A stretch of 64,000 nucleotides of DNA from Thermodesulfobacteriota bacterium (lineage in GTDB: Bacteria; Desulfobacterota_D; UBA1144; Nemesobacterales; UBA2774), in assembly GCA_965216785.1 (NCBI GenBank), contig OZ244197.1:1376001-1440000 (forward strand), given 5' to 3'. Each line of letters begins with the position of its first letter. Positions within the stretch are counted from its first letter, which is position 1. Positions 17,639 through 28,476 of this stretch are shown here, in pieces. Made by a program: the position numbers and the translations under genes. The notes under the pieces are model-generated. The model was given only the letters and a program-made list of their open reading frames with translations, had not been told where the DNA came from and ran no database searches.

Positions 17639-18910
17639 ATGGACAGTAAAGAGCTTAAAACCACCTGCCCGGAATGTAACTCTGAAATATACGTCGATGA
17701 AATCCTTCATAAACAGATAGAAGAGAAATATAAAAGGAAATACGCGGAAGAAGCGAAAAAGTACGAGGCTGAGAAATTAAAGTTAGAGCAAGAAAGAGAA
17801 GAGCTGCAAAAGACCGTCGCACAGACCGTCGAGCAAAGGATGAAAGCCGAGAAGGAGAGTCTTGAGGAAAAGCTGAGGAAAGATATTGAAAAAGAGAACT
17901 CAGAGCAATATAGCTCGCTTCAAAAAGAGCTGAACGAGAAATCCGAGCAGTTAAAGGACTATAACAAGTCAAAGGCCGAAATTGAAAGGTTGAAAAGGGA
18001 AAAGGACGAGCTTTCAGATAAAATTCAGGCCGAAGCCGAGCAAAAGCTCAGTACGCGGATAGCGGAGGAAAAGGAAAAGATACAAAAGTCCGTCCAAGAA
18101 GGAATGCAGCTAAAGATTTCCGAGAAAGAAAAAGTGATAGACCAGTTGAAGGCCCAGCTCACAGAAGCCCAGCGCAAAGCCGAGCAGGGCTCACAGCAGC
18201 TTCAGGGCGAGGTGCAGGAGCTTGCGATCGAAGAGTATCTCAAGAGCACCTTTCCGCTCGATAGGATAGAAGAGGTGAAAAAGGGTAAAAAGGGCGCGGA
18301 CTGCCTTCAGATCATAAACACCGAGTACAGCCAGAACTGCGGCTCTATCTATTACGAGAGCAAGCGGACCAAGACGTTTCAGAGCTCTTGGATAGAAAAA
18401 TTAAAGACCGACATGCGTGTTATGAAAGCTACTGTGGGAGTGATTGTTACTGAGACAATGCCGCCCGATATGGACGTTATGGGCCAGAAAGAAGGAATAT
18501 GGGTGTGCAGCTTAAGGGAGTTCAGGAGCCTTAGCCAAGTGCTGCGCGAATCTCTAGTGCGGGTGAGCGACGCCCTCTCGGCGCAGGAGGGTAAAGGGGA
18601 CAAGATGAGCCTCCTCTACGATTTTCTGATGAGCGACGAGTTTAAGCACCACATAAAGGACATTGCCGAGGCGCTTGTCGATATGGAGAAAGACCTGGAA
18701 AAAGAACGGCGAGCCATGGAGGGGCTGTGGAAAAAGCGCGAGAAGCAGAACCATAAGGTGCTTACGAACCTGAATATGATGTTCAACTCCATAAAGGGCA
18801 TTGCCGGAAACTCCCTCGGCACGATCACGGCGCTTGAGCTTCCGTCTCTTGAGAAGGCTGAAAATGACAGCGGGACAGACACAGAAAATGACCAGGACGA
18901 GCTGTTTTAG
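17639..18910 (+). CDS. DUF2130 coiled-coil protein
   Basis: N-terminal CPEC, long coiled coil, GSQQLQGEVQEL, GAD, YESKRTK.F...WIEKLK.D. Confidence 0.88.
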   Translation: MDSKELKTTCPECNSEIYVDEILHKQIEEKYKRKYAEEAKKYEAEKLKLEQEREELQKTVAQTVEQRMKAEKESLEEKLRKDIEKENSEQYSSLQKELNEKSEQLKDYNKSKAEIERLKREKDELSDKIQAEAEQKLSTRIAEEKEKIQKSVQEGMQLKISEKEKVIDQLKAQLTEAQRKAEQGSQQLQGEVQELAIEEYLKSTFPLDRIEEVKKGKKGADCLQIINTEYSQNCGSIYYESKRTKTFQSSWIEKLKTDMRVMKATVGVIVTETMPPDMDVMGQKEGIWVCSLREFRSLSQVLRESLVRVSDALSAQEGKGDKMSLLYDFLMSDEFKHHIKDIAEALVDMEKDLEKERRAMEGLWKKREKQNHKVLTNLNMMFNSIKGIAGNSLGTITALELPSLEKAENDSGTDTENDQDELF

Positions 18911-19050
18911 CAAGAAACTTCAATTTATTTAACCTTGGAGCGGCTCCCACGCCTAATCCTCATCGCGACTTCCCCCTGAATTTTTGAATAATACACTGAT
19001 AGCTCGGTATTTTGACTTATGTAAAGTGTTCAGATAACTTAAAAACCGTG

Positions 19051-20031
19051 ATGGGTTTTTCCGAAATTCTATCTGTTATAGCACCTGACTTAGAGGAAGT
19101 TGAGGCAGAGCTTGAGAGCTCGATCCAGTCCCCTGTGCCTTTGGTGTATGAAATTTCCAAATATCTGCTTGGAAGCGGGGGCAAGAGGCTCCGTCCGTCG
19201 GTGCTTCTGCTCATAAGCGGGGCGTGCGGCAACCTGGAAGGAAAGGAGAGAATCTACTCCGCAGCCGCTCTAGAGCTGATACACACCGCGACGCTTCTTC
19301 ACGACGACGTAGTGGATGAGGCCAAGCTGAGAAGGGGCAAGACCGCCTCGCACGTCGTGTGGGGCAATAAGGCTACTGTGCTCGTCGGGGACTTTATGCT
19401 GGCCCGGGCGCTCGGGCTGATACAGTCATGCGGTAACCTGGAGCTCATAAAAGCCGTAACCGACGCTGCGGCAAAGCTTGCGGAGGGGCAGGTGCTCGAG
19501 GTGATGAGCGCAAACAGCATGGTCGAGGTGTCTGAGGAAATATGCTTTGGTATTATCGAGAACAAGACGGCTTCGCTGATTGAGAGCTGCGGTACTGTAG
19601 GCGCTATATTAGCGGGGGCTGAGGACACGCTAAAGCACTCGGTAGGGCAGTACGGGCTTAATATAGGTATTGCTTTTCAGCTCATCGACGACGCGCTCGA
19701 TTACTCGTCGAGCGAGGAGGAGTTCGGAAAAGGAGTGGGTCAGGATCTCGTTGAGGGCAAGATGACCCTTCCGCTCTATTATTCACTGGAGCAGGCCTCC
19801 GCGCCTGAGAAATCAAAAGTGAACGATATACTTGTCCGCGAAGACTTTGGAGACGGAGAGCTTGATTTCGTACGGGATATAGTGGAGCGCTATAAAGGAG
19901 TTGAAAAGACCAAGGTGGTAGCGAAAGACTATATACACAAGGCCAGGGAATCCCTCTCGCCCGTTCCTGAAAATATTTATAAAAACTCACTTAGCCAACT
20001 TGCCGATTTTGTAGCGGAAAGGAAAAACTAA
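19051..20031 (+). CDS. ispB: Polyprenyl (octaprenyl) diphosphate synthase
   Basis: GGKRLRP, LLHDDVVD...RRG, AFQLIDD.LD, D..EGK.TLP. Start uncertain (19012-19051). Confidence 0.9.
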   Translation: MGFSEILSVIAPDLEEVEAELESSIQSPVPLVYEISKYLLGSGGKRLRPSVLLLISGACGNLEGKERIYSAAALELIHTATLLHDDVVDEAKLRRGKTASHVVWGNKATVLVGDFMLARALGLIQSCGNLELIKAVTDAAAKLAEGQVLEVMSANSMVEVSEEICFGIIENKTASLIESCGTVGAILAGAEDTLKHSVGQYGLNIGIAFQLIDDALDYSSSEEEFGKGVGQDLVEGKMTLPLYYSLEQASAPEKSKVNDILVREDFGDGELDFVRDIVERYKGVEKTKVVAKDYIHKARESLSPVPENIYKNSLSQLADFVAERKN

Positions 20032-20054
20032 AAGATTATCTTTTTTGCTAACGC

Positions 20055-20507
20055 TCAAATCTCAAGCATCATAACGTAGGCGTCTTCGCCCGTATCCGAG
20101 TAGTATTTACGCCTAACCTGTATGGTTTTAAACCCTAGCTTCTCGTAGAGCTTCTGAGCCCCAATATTTGTTATGCGTACTTCCAGGATAGCGTACTTAA
20201 GCCCTTTCTCGGCGGACTCCACGATGCAGTCCATCATGAGCTTTTCTCCGAGACCGCTCTTTCTGAACTCGGGGTGTACCGCCACGTTCAGTATGTGTAC
20301 CTCGTCGTAGATTGTCCAGGTCACGATGTATCCTACCACAATGCCGCTCATGCGAATCACCCGGTTGTAGGATGTGCTCGACTTTATCTCCCTCTCAAAG
20401 ATCCTTTTGGGCCAGGGCGAGGGGAAGCTGACGTTCTCGATCGCCACTATGCCGTCAAGGTCGGCGGGCGTGATTATGTCTATTTCAAATTTAGGAGCTT
20501 TCTCCAT
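20055..20507 (-). CDS. rimI: Ribosomal protein S18 N-acetyltransferase
   Basis: IE..SF..PW, E.HILNVAV.P..R..G.G, LEVR..N..A..LY..LGF....R..YY...EDA. Confidence 0.92.
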   Translation of the reverse strand: MEKAPKFEIDIITPADLDGIVAIENVSFPSPWPKRIFEREIKSSTSYNRVIRMSGIVVGYIVTWTIYDEVHILNVAVHPEFRKSGLGEKLMMDCIVESAEKGLKYAILEVRITNIGAQKLYEKLGFKTIQVRRKYYSDTGEDAYVMMLEI

Positions 20508-20593
20508 ATCAATAATTTTTTCGGTTTTATGCCGATATGTCCAGAGTGAAATTTATAAAAGGGGGTTATTTCCGCTATTGGTTGATGCGGGAA

Positions 20594-22732
20594 TTAAGCA
20601 GCGGTTTTTTTCTCGATAAGTAAGTTCAGAATATCCCGAGCGGCGTCTGAAATGACTGTACCGGGGCCGAAAATAGCTGTAACGCCGGCTTTATAGAGGT
20701 AATCGTAATCTTTTTTGGGTATCACTCCCCCGATCACGACCATTATGTCGTCCCTTCCCACATCACTTAGCTCCTTAACGAGCTCCGGCACCAGGGTTTT
20801 GTGGCCCGCGGCGAGGCTGGATACGCCTATTACGTGTACGTCGTGCTCTACAGCCTGACGTACTGCCTCAAGCGGGGTTTGGAACAGAGGGCCGATGTCT
20901 ACGTCGAACCCAAGGTCCGCAAAGCTCGTGGCTATGACCTTTGCGCCTCTGTCGTGTCCGTCCTGGCCCATTTTGGCAACGAGTATCCTTGGTCTTCTGC
21001 CCTCTATCGCGTCAAATTCATCGGACAGCTCACGCGCCCTTTTAAAGCTCTTGTCCTCGGATAATTCGGAGGAGTAAACGCCGGATATCGTCTTAATCGA
21101 TGCTTTATAGCGCCCGAACACTTTCTCGCAGGCATAGGATATTTCTCCGAGCGTAGCCCTTTTTCGAGCGGCCTCTACGGATAGCTCAAGCAAATTGCCC
21201 TCACCCGTCTCGGCGCACTTTGTTATAGCGTCCAAGGCCTTATGTACGGCCTCATTGTCTCTTTCTTCTCTCAGCTTCTCAAGCCGCGCAATCTGAGAGT
21301 TCCTCACCTGGGTGTTATCTATTTCTAGTATCTCGATCTCGCTTTCTTCCTCAACCTGGTATTTGTTCACGCCTACAATCGTTTCCTGCCCCGAGTCTAT
21401 GTGCGCCTGCTTTCTGGCCGCGGCCTCTTCGATCCTCATTTTCGGAAGCCCCGTGTCTATGGCCTTGGCCATGCCGCCAAGCTCCTCAACCTCTTGAATA
21501 AGCTCCCATGCCCTCTGCGCGATCCTGTCCGTAAGGTACTCGACATAGTAAGAGCCCGCCCAGGGATCTACGGAGCGGCATATGTTCGTTTCTTCCTGAA
21601 GATAAATTTGAGTATTTCTCGCTATACGCGCGGAGAAATCGGTAGGGAGCGCTATTGCTTCGTCAAGGGCGTTTGTGTGGAGCGACTGTGTACCCCCGAG
21701 CACCGCCGCGAGCGCCTCTACGCATGTCCTGACGGCGTTATTGAACGGGTCCTGCTCGGTAAGGCTCCACCCAGAGGTCTGGCAGTGGGTCCTTAGAGCA
21801 AGGGATTTAGGGTTTTTAGGGTTAAACTCTTTAATGAGCTTTGCCCACAGCATCCGGGCAGCCCTCATTTTCGCGATCTCCATGAAGTGGTTCATCCCGA
21901 TGCCCCAGAAAAAGGAGATGCGGGGAGCAAAATCGTCTATGTCCATGCCGGCTTTAATGCCCGCCCTTACGTACTCGAGCCCGTCCGCCAGGGTGTAGGC
22001 AAGCTCGATGTCAGAAGAGGCCCCGGCCTCCTCCATGTGATAGCCGCTTACGCTGATTGAGTTGAATTTTGGCATGTTCTCTGAGGTGTACTTGAATATG
22101 TCGGCGATGATTCTCATCGAGGGTTCAGGTGGGTAAATGTAGGTATTCCTGACCATAAATTCTTTTAATATGTCGTTTTGAATGGTGCCGTTAAGCTCTT
22201 TTGCAGGGACTCCCTGCTCCTCAGCGGCCACGATGTAAAAGGCCATAACCGGCAGTACCGCGCCGTTCATGGTCATTGACACCGATGTCTCCCCAAGCGG
22301 AATCTGGTCGAAAAGAACTTTCATGTCCAAAATCGAATCGATTGCGACACCCGCTTTACCCACATCTCCCGGCACGCGCTCGTGGTCTGAGTCATAGCCC
22401 CTGTGAGTGGGCAGATCAAACGCCACCGACAGCCCTTTTTGCCCTGCGGCCAGGTTCCTGCGGTAAAAAGCGTTTGATTCCTCGGCAGTGGAGAACCCGG
22501 CGTACTGCCTTATGGTCCAGGGCCGGGTTACGTACATCGAGGAGTAGGGCCCGCGCAGAAAGGGCGCTATACCGGCTGCGTAGTGTAGATGATTGAGCCC
22601 TTGAGTGTCGTTTTCTGTGAATACGGGCGCAACGGGTATGGCCTCGGGCGTAATCCATTTTTCGTTTGCATTGTCCCAAGGCTTGCTCTTAATATTTCGG
22701 GTGATATCTATTTTTGAGAAGTCGGGTCTCAT
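20594..22732 (-). CDS. scpA: Methylmalonyl-CoA mutase, large (B12-binding) subunit
   Basis: [44 protein letters not shown]12 motif. Confidence 0.97.
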   Translation of the reverse strand: MRPDFSKIDITRNIKSKPWDNANEKWITPEAIPVAPVFTENDTQGLNHLHYAAGIAPFLRGPYSSMYVTRPWTIRQYAGFSTAEESNAFYRRNLAAGQKGLSVAFDLPTHRGYDSDHERVPGDVGKAGVAIDSILDMKVLFDQIPLGETSVSMTMNGAVLPVMAFYIVAAEEQGVPAKELNGTIQNDILKEFMVRNTYIYPPEPSMRIIADIFKYTSENMPKFNSISVSGYHMEEAGASSDIELAYTLADGLEYVRAGIKAGMDIDDFAPRISFFWGIGMNHFMEIAKMRAARMLWAKLIKEFNPKNPKSLALRTHCQTSGWSLTEQDPFNNAVRTCVEALAAVLGGTQSLHTNALDEAIALPTDFSARIARNTQIYLQEETNICRSVDPWAGSYYVEYLTDRIAQRAWELIQEVEELGGMAKAIDTGLPKMRIEEAAARKQAHIDSGQETIVGVNKYQVEEESEIEILEIDNTQVRNSQIARLEKLREERDNEAVHKALDAITKCAETGEGNLLELSVEAARKRATLGEISYACEKVFGRYKASIKTISGVYSSELSEDKSFKRARELSDEFDAIEGRRPRILVAKMGQDGHDRGAKVIATSFADLGFDVDIGPLFQTPLEAVRQAVEHDVHVIGVSSLAAGHKTLVPELVKELSDVGRDDIMVVIGGVIPKKDYDYLYKAGVTAIFGPGTVISDAARDILNLLIEKKTAA

Positions 22733-24603
22733 TCCACTCTCACCGCCTTCTGATATTTTCTTAGCGTCTCCAGAATGTTCGAGCGTACGTGTATAAAATC
22801 GTCAACGCCCGCCTGTTTCAATTCTTCTATGTGTTCCTTGGGGTTCCCGGCGATAATTATGTGAATGTCGCTGTCATGTGCTTTTAGCTTTTCACATATT
22901 GCGGGGGTTATATCCGGATACTCTTTATCCGAGCTGCAAATAACTACTATGCCAGAGCCGCTTTTAATAGCGGCTTCAATGCCCTCTTCCATACTGTCAA
23001 ACGCACCCTTATCGATGACCGTGAAGCCTCCGCAGCCGAAAAAGTTCGCGGAGAATCCCGCCCTAGCCGTCCTCATTGCCGCGTTCCCGACTGGCAGGAG
23101 GAAAACACTCGCACCGCTCTCATGGTTTTCCGTAGCCATGCGGAGCTTCTCAAAAGCCTCGGCTCCGCGGTAGGGTTTCAAGGGTTTTATTTCGAATTTA
23201 GTATTATCTCTAACAGTACCGGTAAGCTGAGTTTTGGGAGCTTGCTCGCTCAAGTCAGGATATCTGTTTACACCTAGTAAAGTCGCCCGGCCCGTTTCCA
23301 GGTCTTCGTCTTTTGAGCTGCGGGTTTCCTCTATCCTATCCTGTATTAATCCGGATTTTAACGCCTCTATTAGTCCCCCTGCCTTCTCCACTTCCAAAAA
23401 CAGCTCCCAGGCGGCCTGTATCAAACTGTCCGTCAGGTTCTCTATGTAGTATGAGCCTGCTGAAGGGTCTATTACTCTGTCTATGTAGGACTCGTTCTTA
23501 AGTATAAGCTGGGTGTTCCTCGCCATTCTTCGGGTGAATTCCCCGGGTTTTTCATAGGCTGAATCAATAGGGGATATATGTACCGTATCGCTCCCGCCAA
23601 TGGTCGCTGCCATCGCTGCCACAGTGCCGCGCAGCATGTTCGTGTAAGGGTCATAAACAGTTTGGTTCCATCCGGAGGAGACAGTCTCGATGCTCATTTT
23701 GCCTTCATTACAACCGTACTGCTCCATTAATACAGCCCATAGGTATCTTGCCGCTCTTAGTTTCGCTATTTCCATAAAATAGTCAGAGCCGATTGAGAAA
23801 GAAAAACCCATGTGCCCCGCTATTTGCTCAGGCGTTAGGCCCATAGAGGTGAGCCTGTCCATGTACTCAACTCCGGAGGCAAGTGAGAACGAAAGCTCCT
23901 GTACCGCCGAGGCTCCCGAGTCGCCGAATATCTCCCCGTGTACTGTAAGTCCTTTAAAACCGGGCATTTGCTCGCTCACACAGGATATAACCGGTTTCAG
24001 CTCGTCGAATTTAGAAGGGTTGTAGGTCCCGCTTAGCATCAGCTCGCCGATGGGGTTCGTATCGACAGAGCCTCTCAGATCAATCAGGCTGATGCTTCTA
24101 TTCAATGCTTCGCTGCTAAGTAAATCCAGTATTGCCATTGCCGCAGCGCCGCACTTAAAATGGACAGGAACCTCGTCTATCTGTATGTCTTTTAAAAGCG
24201 CCGCCATATCGGCCTTATTCTCTATGGGCACGCCGCTTGTACCGCTTTCTTCGCTCCTGCATACGAAAGTAAGTGACTGAGCGCCCATTCGGAGACTTTC
24301 GAGAGCGGATTTATTCGCAGCTTCGATATTGGCCTCTGATATGTACTCATTAATATTCCACTCATTATTCCCGGCTTCCGTACCCCTCGTGTAGGGGAAC
24401 TGCCCGGGGGCGGAGTCCGTAAGATATGCGAGCTGCTGCAGGTCTTCCTGTGTATAGAACGGCTCCACAGTGAACCCCTCGTAGGGCTTCCACCGAAGCG
24501 TATCAAGGCTGCGGCCCTTAATATCTTTTTCGATTTGCTCCTTCCACTGCTCAGAAGAGACCGGGGGGAACTCGGAAAATAAATTTTCTTTGTCTTCGGG
24601 CAT
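22729..24603 (-). CDS. mutA: Methylmalonyl-CoA mutase, small subunit
   Basis: [45 protein letters not shown]; overlaps the scpA start. Confidence 0.92.
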   Translation of the reverse strand: MPEDKENLFSEFPPVSSEQWKEQIEKDIKGRSLDTLRWKPYEGFTVEPFYTQEDLQQLAYLTDSAPGQFPYTRGTEAGNNEWNINEYISEANIEAANKSALESLRMGAQSLTFVCRSEESGTSGVPIENKADMAALLKDIQIDEVPVHFKCGAAAMAILDLLSSEALNRSISLIDLRGSVDTNPIGELMLSGTYNPSKFDELKPVISCVSEQMPGFKGLTVHGEIFGDSGASAVQELSFSLASGVEYMDRLTSMGLTPEQIAGHMGFSFSIGSDYFMEIAKLRAARYLWAVLMEQYGCNEGKMSIETVSSGWNQTVYDPYTNMLRGTVAAMAATIGGSDTVHISPIDSAYEKPGEFTRRMARNTQLILKNESYIDRVIDPSAGSYYIENLTDSLIQAAWELFLEVEKAGGLIEALKSGLIQDRIEETRSSKDEDLETGRATLLGVNRYPDLSEQAPKTQLTGTVRDNTKFEIKPLKPYRGAEAFEKLRMATENHESGASVFLLPVGNAAMRTARAGFSANFFGCGGFTVIDKGAFDSMEEGIEAAIKSGSGIVVICSSDKEYPDITPAICEKLKAHDSDIHIIIAGNPKEHIEELKQAGVDDFIHVRSNILETLRKYQKAVRVE

Positions 24604-24776
24604 ATCTGGCTCACTTTAAATAGCCTAATAATAATAAAGAAAAGTGAAACCGTTGCAAGAGCTTTGGATTTATCATTACCAGCCGAAGTATCAATAGTTA
24701 TTTTCTTCCGATATGAATTTGTCATATTTTGTGTTAAGATGGCTCTAGCAAATTTATTTAAGAGAGGAGCAAAAGG

Positions 24777-25718
24777 ATGAATAAACTTATAACAGCTACC
24801 ATAATAGCTGTAGCCATTAGTTTTGCATACACAGAATTGACTCAGGCGGTCTGTGTTGAAGGACCCGCGGATACTTTTACATGTAACACCGACCCGCCAA
24901 ACCCTGATCTAGGCGGTGTTCAAGCAAGTATCGCAAACGATGTAACTGTGAACGTCTTGCCGGATGCCGAGATTAACACTCAAGGGCAGCCTGGGAATTT
25001 AGACGCCATTAGAACAGGAAATGGAAGTGATGATATAACGATTACAGGCGGAGCTGTGAGGGCCGAAGATGTAGGTGTAAACTCCGGTAACAATAATGAT
25101 ACGGTTAAAGTTGTCGATAGTATAGTAAGCGCTTTGGAAAGAGCCATAGATCCGGGTAACGGGGCAGATACGGTAATGGTTGAAGATTCTGAAATTACAT
25201 GTGATGAAGAGGATTGTATACATACCGGCAATGGGGAAGACGTTGTGATGGTTAACGGTTCTCTGGTGACGGGTCTTAGCGGTGATGGAATAGAAACTGC
25301 TAACCAGGACGATCAGGTTACTATAAGTGACTCTATAATCACAGGCGACGTCGGGTTCTTTGCCGTCGACCTTGGAAATGGTGACGATACCCTCACTATA
25401 GGGACCGGGGCTGTTCTAAATAACGGAATAGATTGCAGGGATGATTTCGATACACTCATTTTCGCCATGGAAGTGCCCGAAGAAGCGGTTGCTTTCATCT
25501 CTTCAGAACTCGCAGGCAAAGACCCGGCGGGTGACAGTATTACAATTAACAACATTTTTTACCAGTGGCAGGAATGCGAGGTTATCGTAAGCCAGCTTGT
25601 GGGAGTGCCGAATGTAAGGCCTATCCCGACCCTGTCGGAGTGGGGGCTTATCGCTATGGCGGGAGTGCTGGGGTTTGCAGGGTTACTTGTAGTTCGTAGA
25701 AGACAAGCGGCTGCTTGA
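24777..25718 (+). CDS. IPTL-CTERM surface protein with RTX-like GNG.D repeats
   Basis: Signal peptide; repeated TGNGSDD/PGNGADT/TGNGEDV/LGNGDDT; C-terminal RPIPTLSEWG-TM-RRR. Confidence 0.88.
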   Translation: MNKLITATIIAVAISFAYTELTQAVCVEGPADTFTCNTDPPNPDLGGVQASIANDVTVNVLPDAEINTQGQPGNLDAIRTGNGSDDITITGGAVRAEDVGVNSGNNNDTVKVVDSIVSALERAIDPGNGADTVMVEDSEITCDEEDCIHTGNGEDVVMVNGSLVTGLSGDGIETANQDDQVTISDSIITGDVGFFAVDLGNGDDTLTIGTGAVLNNGIDCRDDFDTLIFAMEVPEEAVAFISSELAGKDPAGDSITINNIFYQWQECEVIVSQLVGVPNVRPIPTLSEWGLIAMAGVLGFAGLLVVRRRQAAA

Positions 25719-25751
25719 AAAGATTTACTCGATGGTAATAAATATGAATAG

Positions 25752-25778
25752 AAAAAAGGGAGCTTCGGCTCCCTTTTT
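25752..25778 (+). terminator. Intrinsic terminator after IPTL-CTERM gene
   Basis: AAAAAAGGGAGCTTCGGCTCCCTTTTT. Confidence 0.8.
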
Positions 25779-25904
25779 ACGTGCGCTCGGACAGTAGCAC
25801 GGCACGCTTCGCATCAATTAGTAAGCGCCGGATTTATAAGGTATTGCGCTTAGGCCTGTCCTCCCCCTTGTCCGACATACTTACAACCCATATAATATAG
25901 TCCG

Positions 25905-26579
25905 ATGAGCGAAAAAGCGGTGATAATAGTATCGGGCGGAATTGACAGTACGACCCTTCTATACAAAACACTTATTAAGGGCCACGAGGTTAACACCTTG
26001 ACCTTTCTTTACGGCCAGAGGCACGTTAAAGAGGCTGAGTACGCAGAGAATATATGCTTGAATCTCGGCGTGCCGCATAAAACCGTCGATCTGTCCTCTA
26101 TGAAAGAGCTCCTTTCCGGCTCGGCTCTCACGGACTCCTCTGTAGATGTGCCAGAGGTGCCGGAGACGGCCGAGCACCACGATACCCTTCAGGCGACTAT
26201 TGTGCCCAACCGTAACGCTATTTTCCTTTCGGTAGCCATCGGTTACGCTGTCAGCATAGGGGCTGAGAACGTCTATTTCGGCGCCCATTTCTCTGACCGG
26301 GGAGTATATCCTGACTGCCGCAGCGAATTTGTAGACGCGTTTCAAAGCGCTGAGAGACTCGCTACCGACATACAGGGGCTTACTATAAAAGCGCCGTTTG
26401 TGGACAGCGATAAATCCGAGATTGTAAAGCTGGGCCAAGAGCTCGGCGTGCCGTTTCAGGACACGTGGACCTGCTATAAGGGCGGGGAGCTTCACTGCGG
26501 CGCGTGCAGCTCTTGCAGGGAGCGTAAGAGAGCGTTTTCAGATTCCGGCGTTCCCGACCCCACAGAGTACGAGACATGA
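25905..26579 (+). CDS. queC: 7-cyano-7-deazaguanine synthase
   Basis: SGGIDS, YGQRH, VPNRN.IFL, YPDCR, TWTCY...HCG.C.SC..R. Confidence 0.96.
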   Translation: MSEKAVIIVSGGIDSTTLLYKTLIKGHEVNTLTFLYGQRHVKEAEYAENICLNLGVPHKTVDLSSMKELLSGSALTDSSVDVPEVPETAEHHDTLQATIVPNRNAIFLSVAIGYAVSIGAENVYFGAHFSDRGVYPDCRSEFVDAFQSAERLATDIQGLTIKAPFVDSDKSEIVKLGQELGVPFQDTWTCYKGGELHCGACSSCRERKRAFSDSGVPDPTEYET

Positions 26580-27217
26580 AGATTAGCGAGATATTTTATT
26601 CAATTCAGGGCGAGGGGATTGAAATGGGGATGCCGACCGTTTTTGTAAGGCTATTTGCCTGTGATCTCAGGTGCTCGTGGTGTGACACGATGTACGCCGT
26701 AGAGGGAAGGGATTTTACGGAGGTGCCGGTAGACGAAGTTATTGAGCGCGTTGGGAAATGGGACTGCAGGCGTGTATGTATTACAGGGGGCGAGCCCCTA
26801 ATACAGCGTGAGGAGGTCTCGACGCTTGCCCAAGAGCTAATAGATAGAGGCTACCGCATCCTTCTTGAAACAAGCGGCCACAAGATGCCCCCCGATGTGT
26901 TCTGGGGTGAGGGCTCTGTCATCAGTATGGACTGCAAGTGTCCGGGTTCGGGCATGAACGAGCGGATGGACTTTACGCTCTACCCAAAGCTCCGCGCGGG
27001 CGACCAGCTCAAGTTCGTAATACAGGATGAGGCGGACTATGAATACGCGCGGGGCGTAGTAGATAAGCATGATATTAAAGCCCATATTGTTTTTCAGCCT
27101 GCCGGGGGTCTTGGGATAGGGTGGATAAGCGAGAGGGCCATGAAGGATAATCTTTCAGGCGTAAGGGTTCTGCCCCAGCTCCATAAAATTATATGGGGTG
27201 ACAAAAGGGGTGTATAG
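26576..27217 (+). CDS. queE: 7-carboxy-7-deazaguanine synthase (radical SAM)
   Basis: EIFYSIQGEG, CDLRCSWCDT, TGGEPL, PQLHKIIW; overlaps the queC stop. Confidence 0.93.
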   Translation: MKISEIFYSIQGEGIEMGMPTVFVRLFACDLRCSWCDTMYAVEGRDFTEVPVDEVIERVGKWDCRRVCITGGEPLIQREEVSTLAQELIDRGYRILLETSGHKMPPDVFWGEGSVISMDCKCPGSGMNERMDFTLYPKLRAGDQLKFVIQDEADYEYARGVVDKHDIKAHIVFQPAGGLGIGWISERAMKDNLSGVRVLPQLHKIIWGDKRGV

Positions 27218-27367
27218 TATAAACTATACTCGTTGGCGGGATTTATTTTTAATCCCTCACATGTTATAATCGTTAACCCAACAGTTAAGGTTGGAACCTG
27301 AGTTTTTTAAATTAAATAGCTGTATTTGAGCGGGGGCGAGAGGTAAGAGCGGAGGTTTTATATAAAT

Positions 27368-28264
27368 ATGGAAACAGTAAAGAAAAACATGGATATTTCA
27401 GAAATGGATCAGGAGCAGTACAATTATGAGCCGTTTGCTGATACGGAAGAGTACAAGAAGGTAAACACTGACTGTATTCACAGCTGGGTCGAGATAATGA
27501 AGAGAAAGGGCGTGAGCAGTATTGAAGCGCTCCTAGACGTGGCGACCGGCGCGGGCACTATGGTTCAGATTGTATTCGACAACCTGCCGGATAGCTGGAA
27601 AACGGCTGCTGTCATGTGCCTTGACCAGTCATCGGAAGCCCTTAAACTGGCCCAATCGAGATTGGAAAAAACTGTAGGTAAACTGAAAATGGTTCATTCC
27701 TCCATCGAAGAAATGACGATTCCGGACCAGAGCGTAGATATTGCGGTCTGGGGAAACGGTATACACTATCTGACAGAGGACGACCAGTTGGACAGCATAA
27801 AGCGCATCAAGAAAGCGCTTAAACCCGGCGGGCTGCTGTTCTTCAATACCGCGTTTTATGAGGAGGCTAGGCCTCCGGACACATTGCCCTTTTACCGCAC
27901 ACAGGTAAAGAACGCGGTCCATTACTTAAAAGAGCGGGGCGTCAGGCGTGATAAAGACGGCCTGTCGGCTAATGAAGCTTCAAAGTTCCTTCCGAAGTCA
28001 TATTACGAGGAATTGGTCGAAAAGGCCGGTTTCAAGCTCGTTGAGGCTTCTGAATTCACTTTGGAAATGCACAGAGAGGCCTGGGAGTATATAAGCGCTT
28101 TTCAGCAGTACGCTGCGGGAGCGCTGAGAGGATACCCGATAGATGAAGCGATCGAAGCTATGAGGGGTTCAGTGGAGCCGGCTCTTGAGCAGCATGGCCG
28201 TCCCGACAGTGACGGAGAGCTCTTCATCCCGCGTAAATGGCTCGCTATAAGCGCCGAGGCCTAA
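27368..28264 (+). CDS. Class I SAM-dependent methyltransferase
   Basis: LLDVATGAG motif I; ALKPGG.L. Confidence 0.8.
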   Translation: METVKKNMDISEMDQEQYNYEPFADTEEYKKVNTDCIHSWVEIMKRKGVSSIEALLDVATGAGTMVQIVFDNLPDSWKTAAVMCLDQSSEALKLAQSRLEKTVGKLKMVHSSIEEMTIPDQSVDIAVWGNGIHYLTEDDQLDSIKRIKKALKPGGLLFFNTAFYEEARPPDTLPFYRTQVKNAVHYLKERGVRRDKDGLSANEASKFLPKSYYEELVEKAGFKLVEASEFTLEMHREAWEYISAFQQYAAGALRGYPIDEAIEAMRGSVEPALEQHGRPDSDGELFIPRKWLAISAEA

Positions 28265-28268
28265 GGGC

Positions 28269-28398
28269 GTCATTGCGAAAGAGCGCAGCGAACGAAGCAA
28301 TCTCCCGCAACATTCTCTAACACCTGAGCATATCATTCCAGAATACTTCTATCAGGATTCCAAGCTCGGCTGTCATTGCGAGCAAAGCGAAGCAATCC
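28269..28398. repeat. Cluster of REP/RPE-like palindromic elements
   Basis: GTCATTGCGA...CGAAGCAATC at 28269-28304 and 28372-28397, with a degenerate ATCATTCCAGAA...GGATTCC between them, in a convergent intergenic gap. Confidence 0.65.
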
Positions 28399-28476
28399 CC
28401 AACAGTAATTCGTACGAACTACCTATCTACAGAGTAATTATTAGAAGGGAAACCACGCAGTCCGGCCCGCGCGCTC

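Noticed and set aside
25905-27217. Dpd/7-deazaguanine DNA-modification or QatABCD defence island
   Set aside because: Canonical queC-queE only; no dpdA, TatD or ATPase partners nearby.
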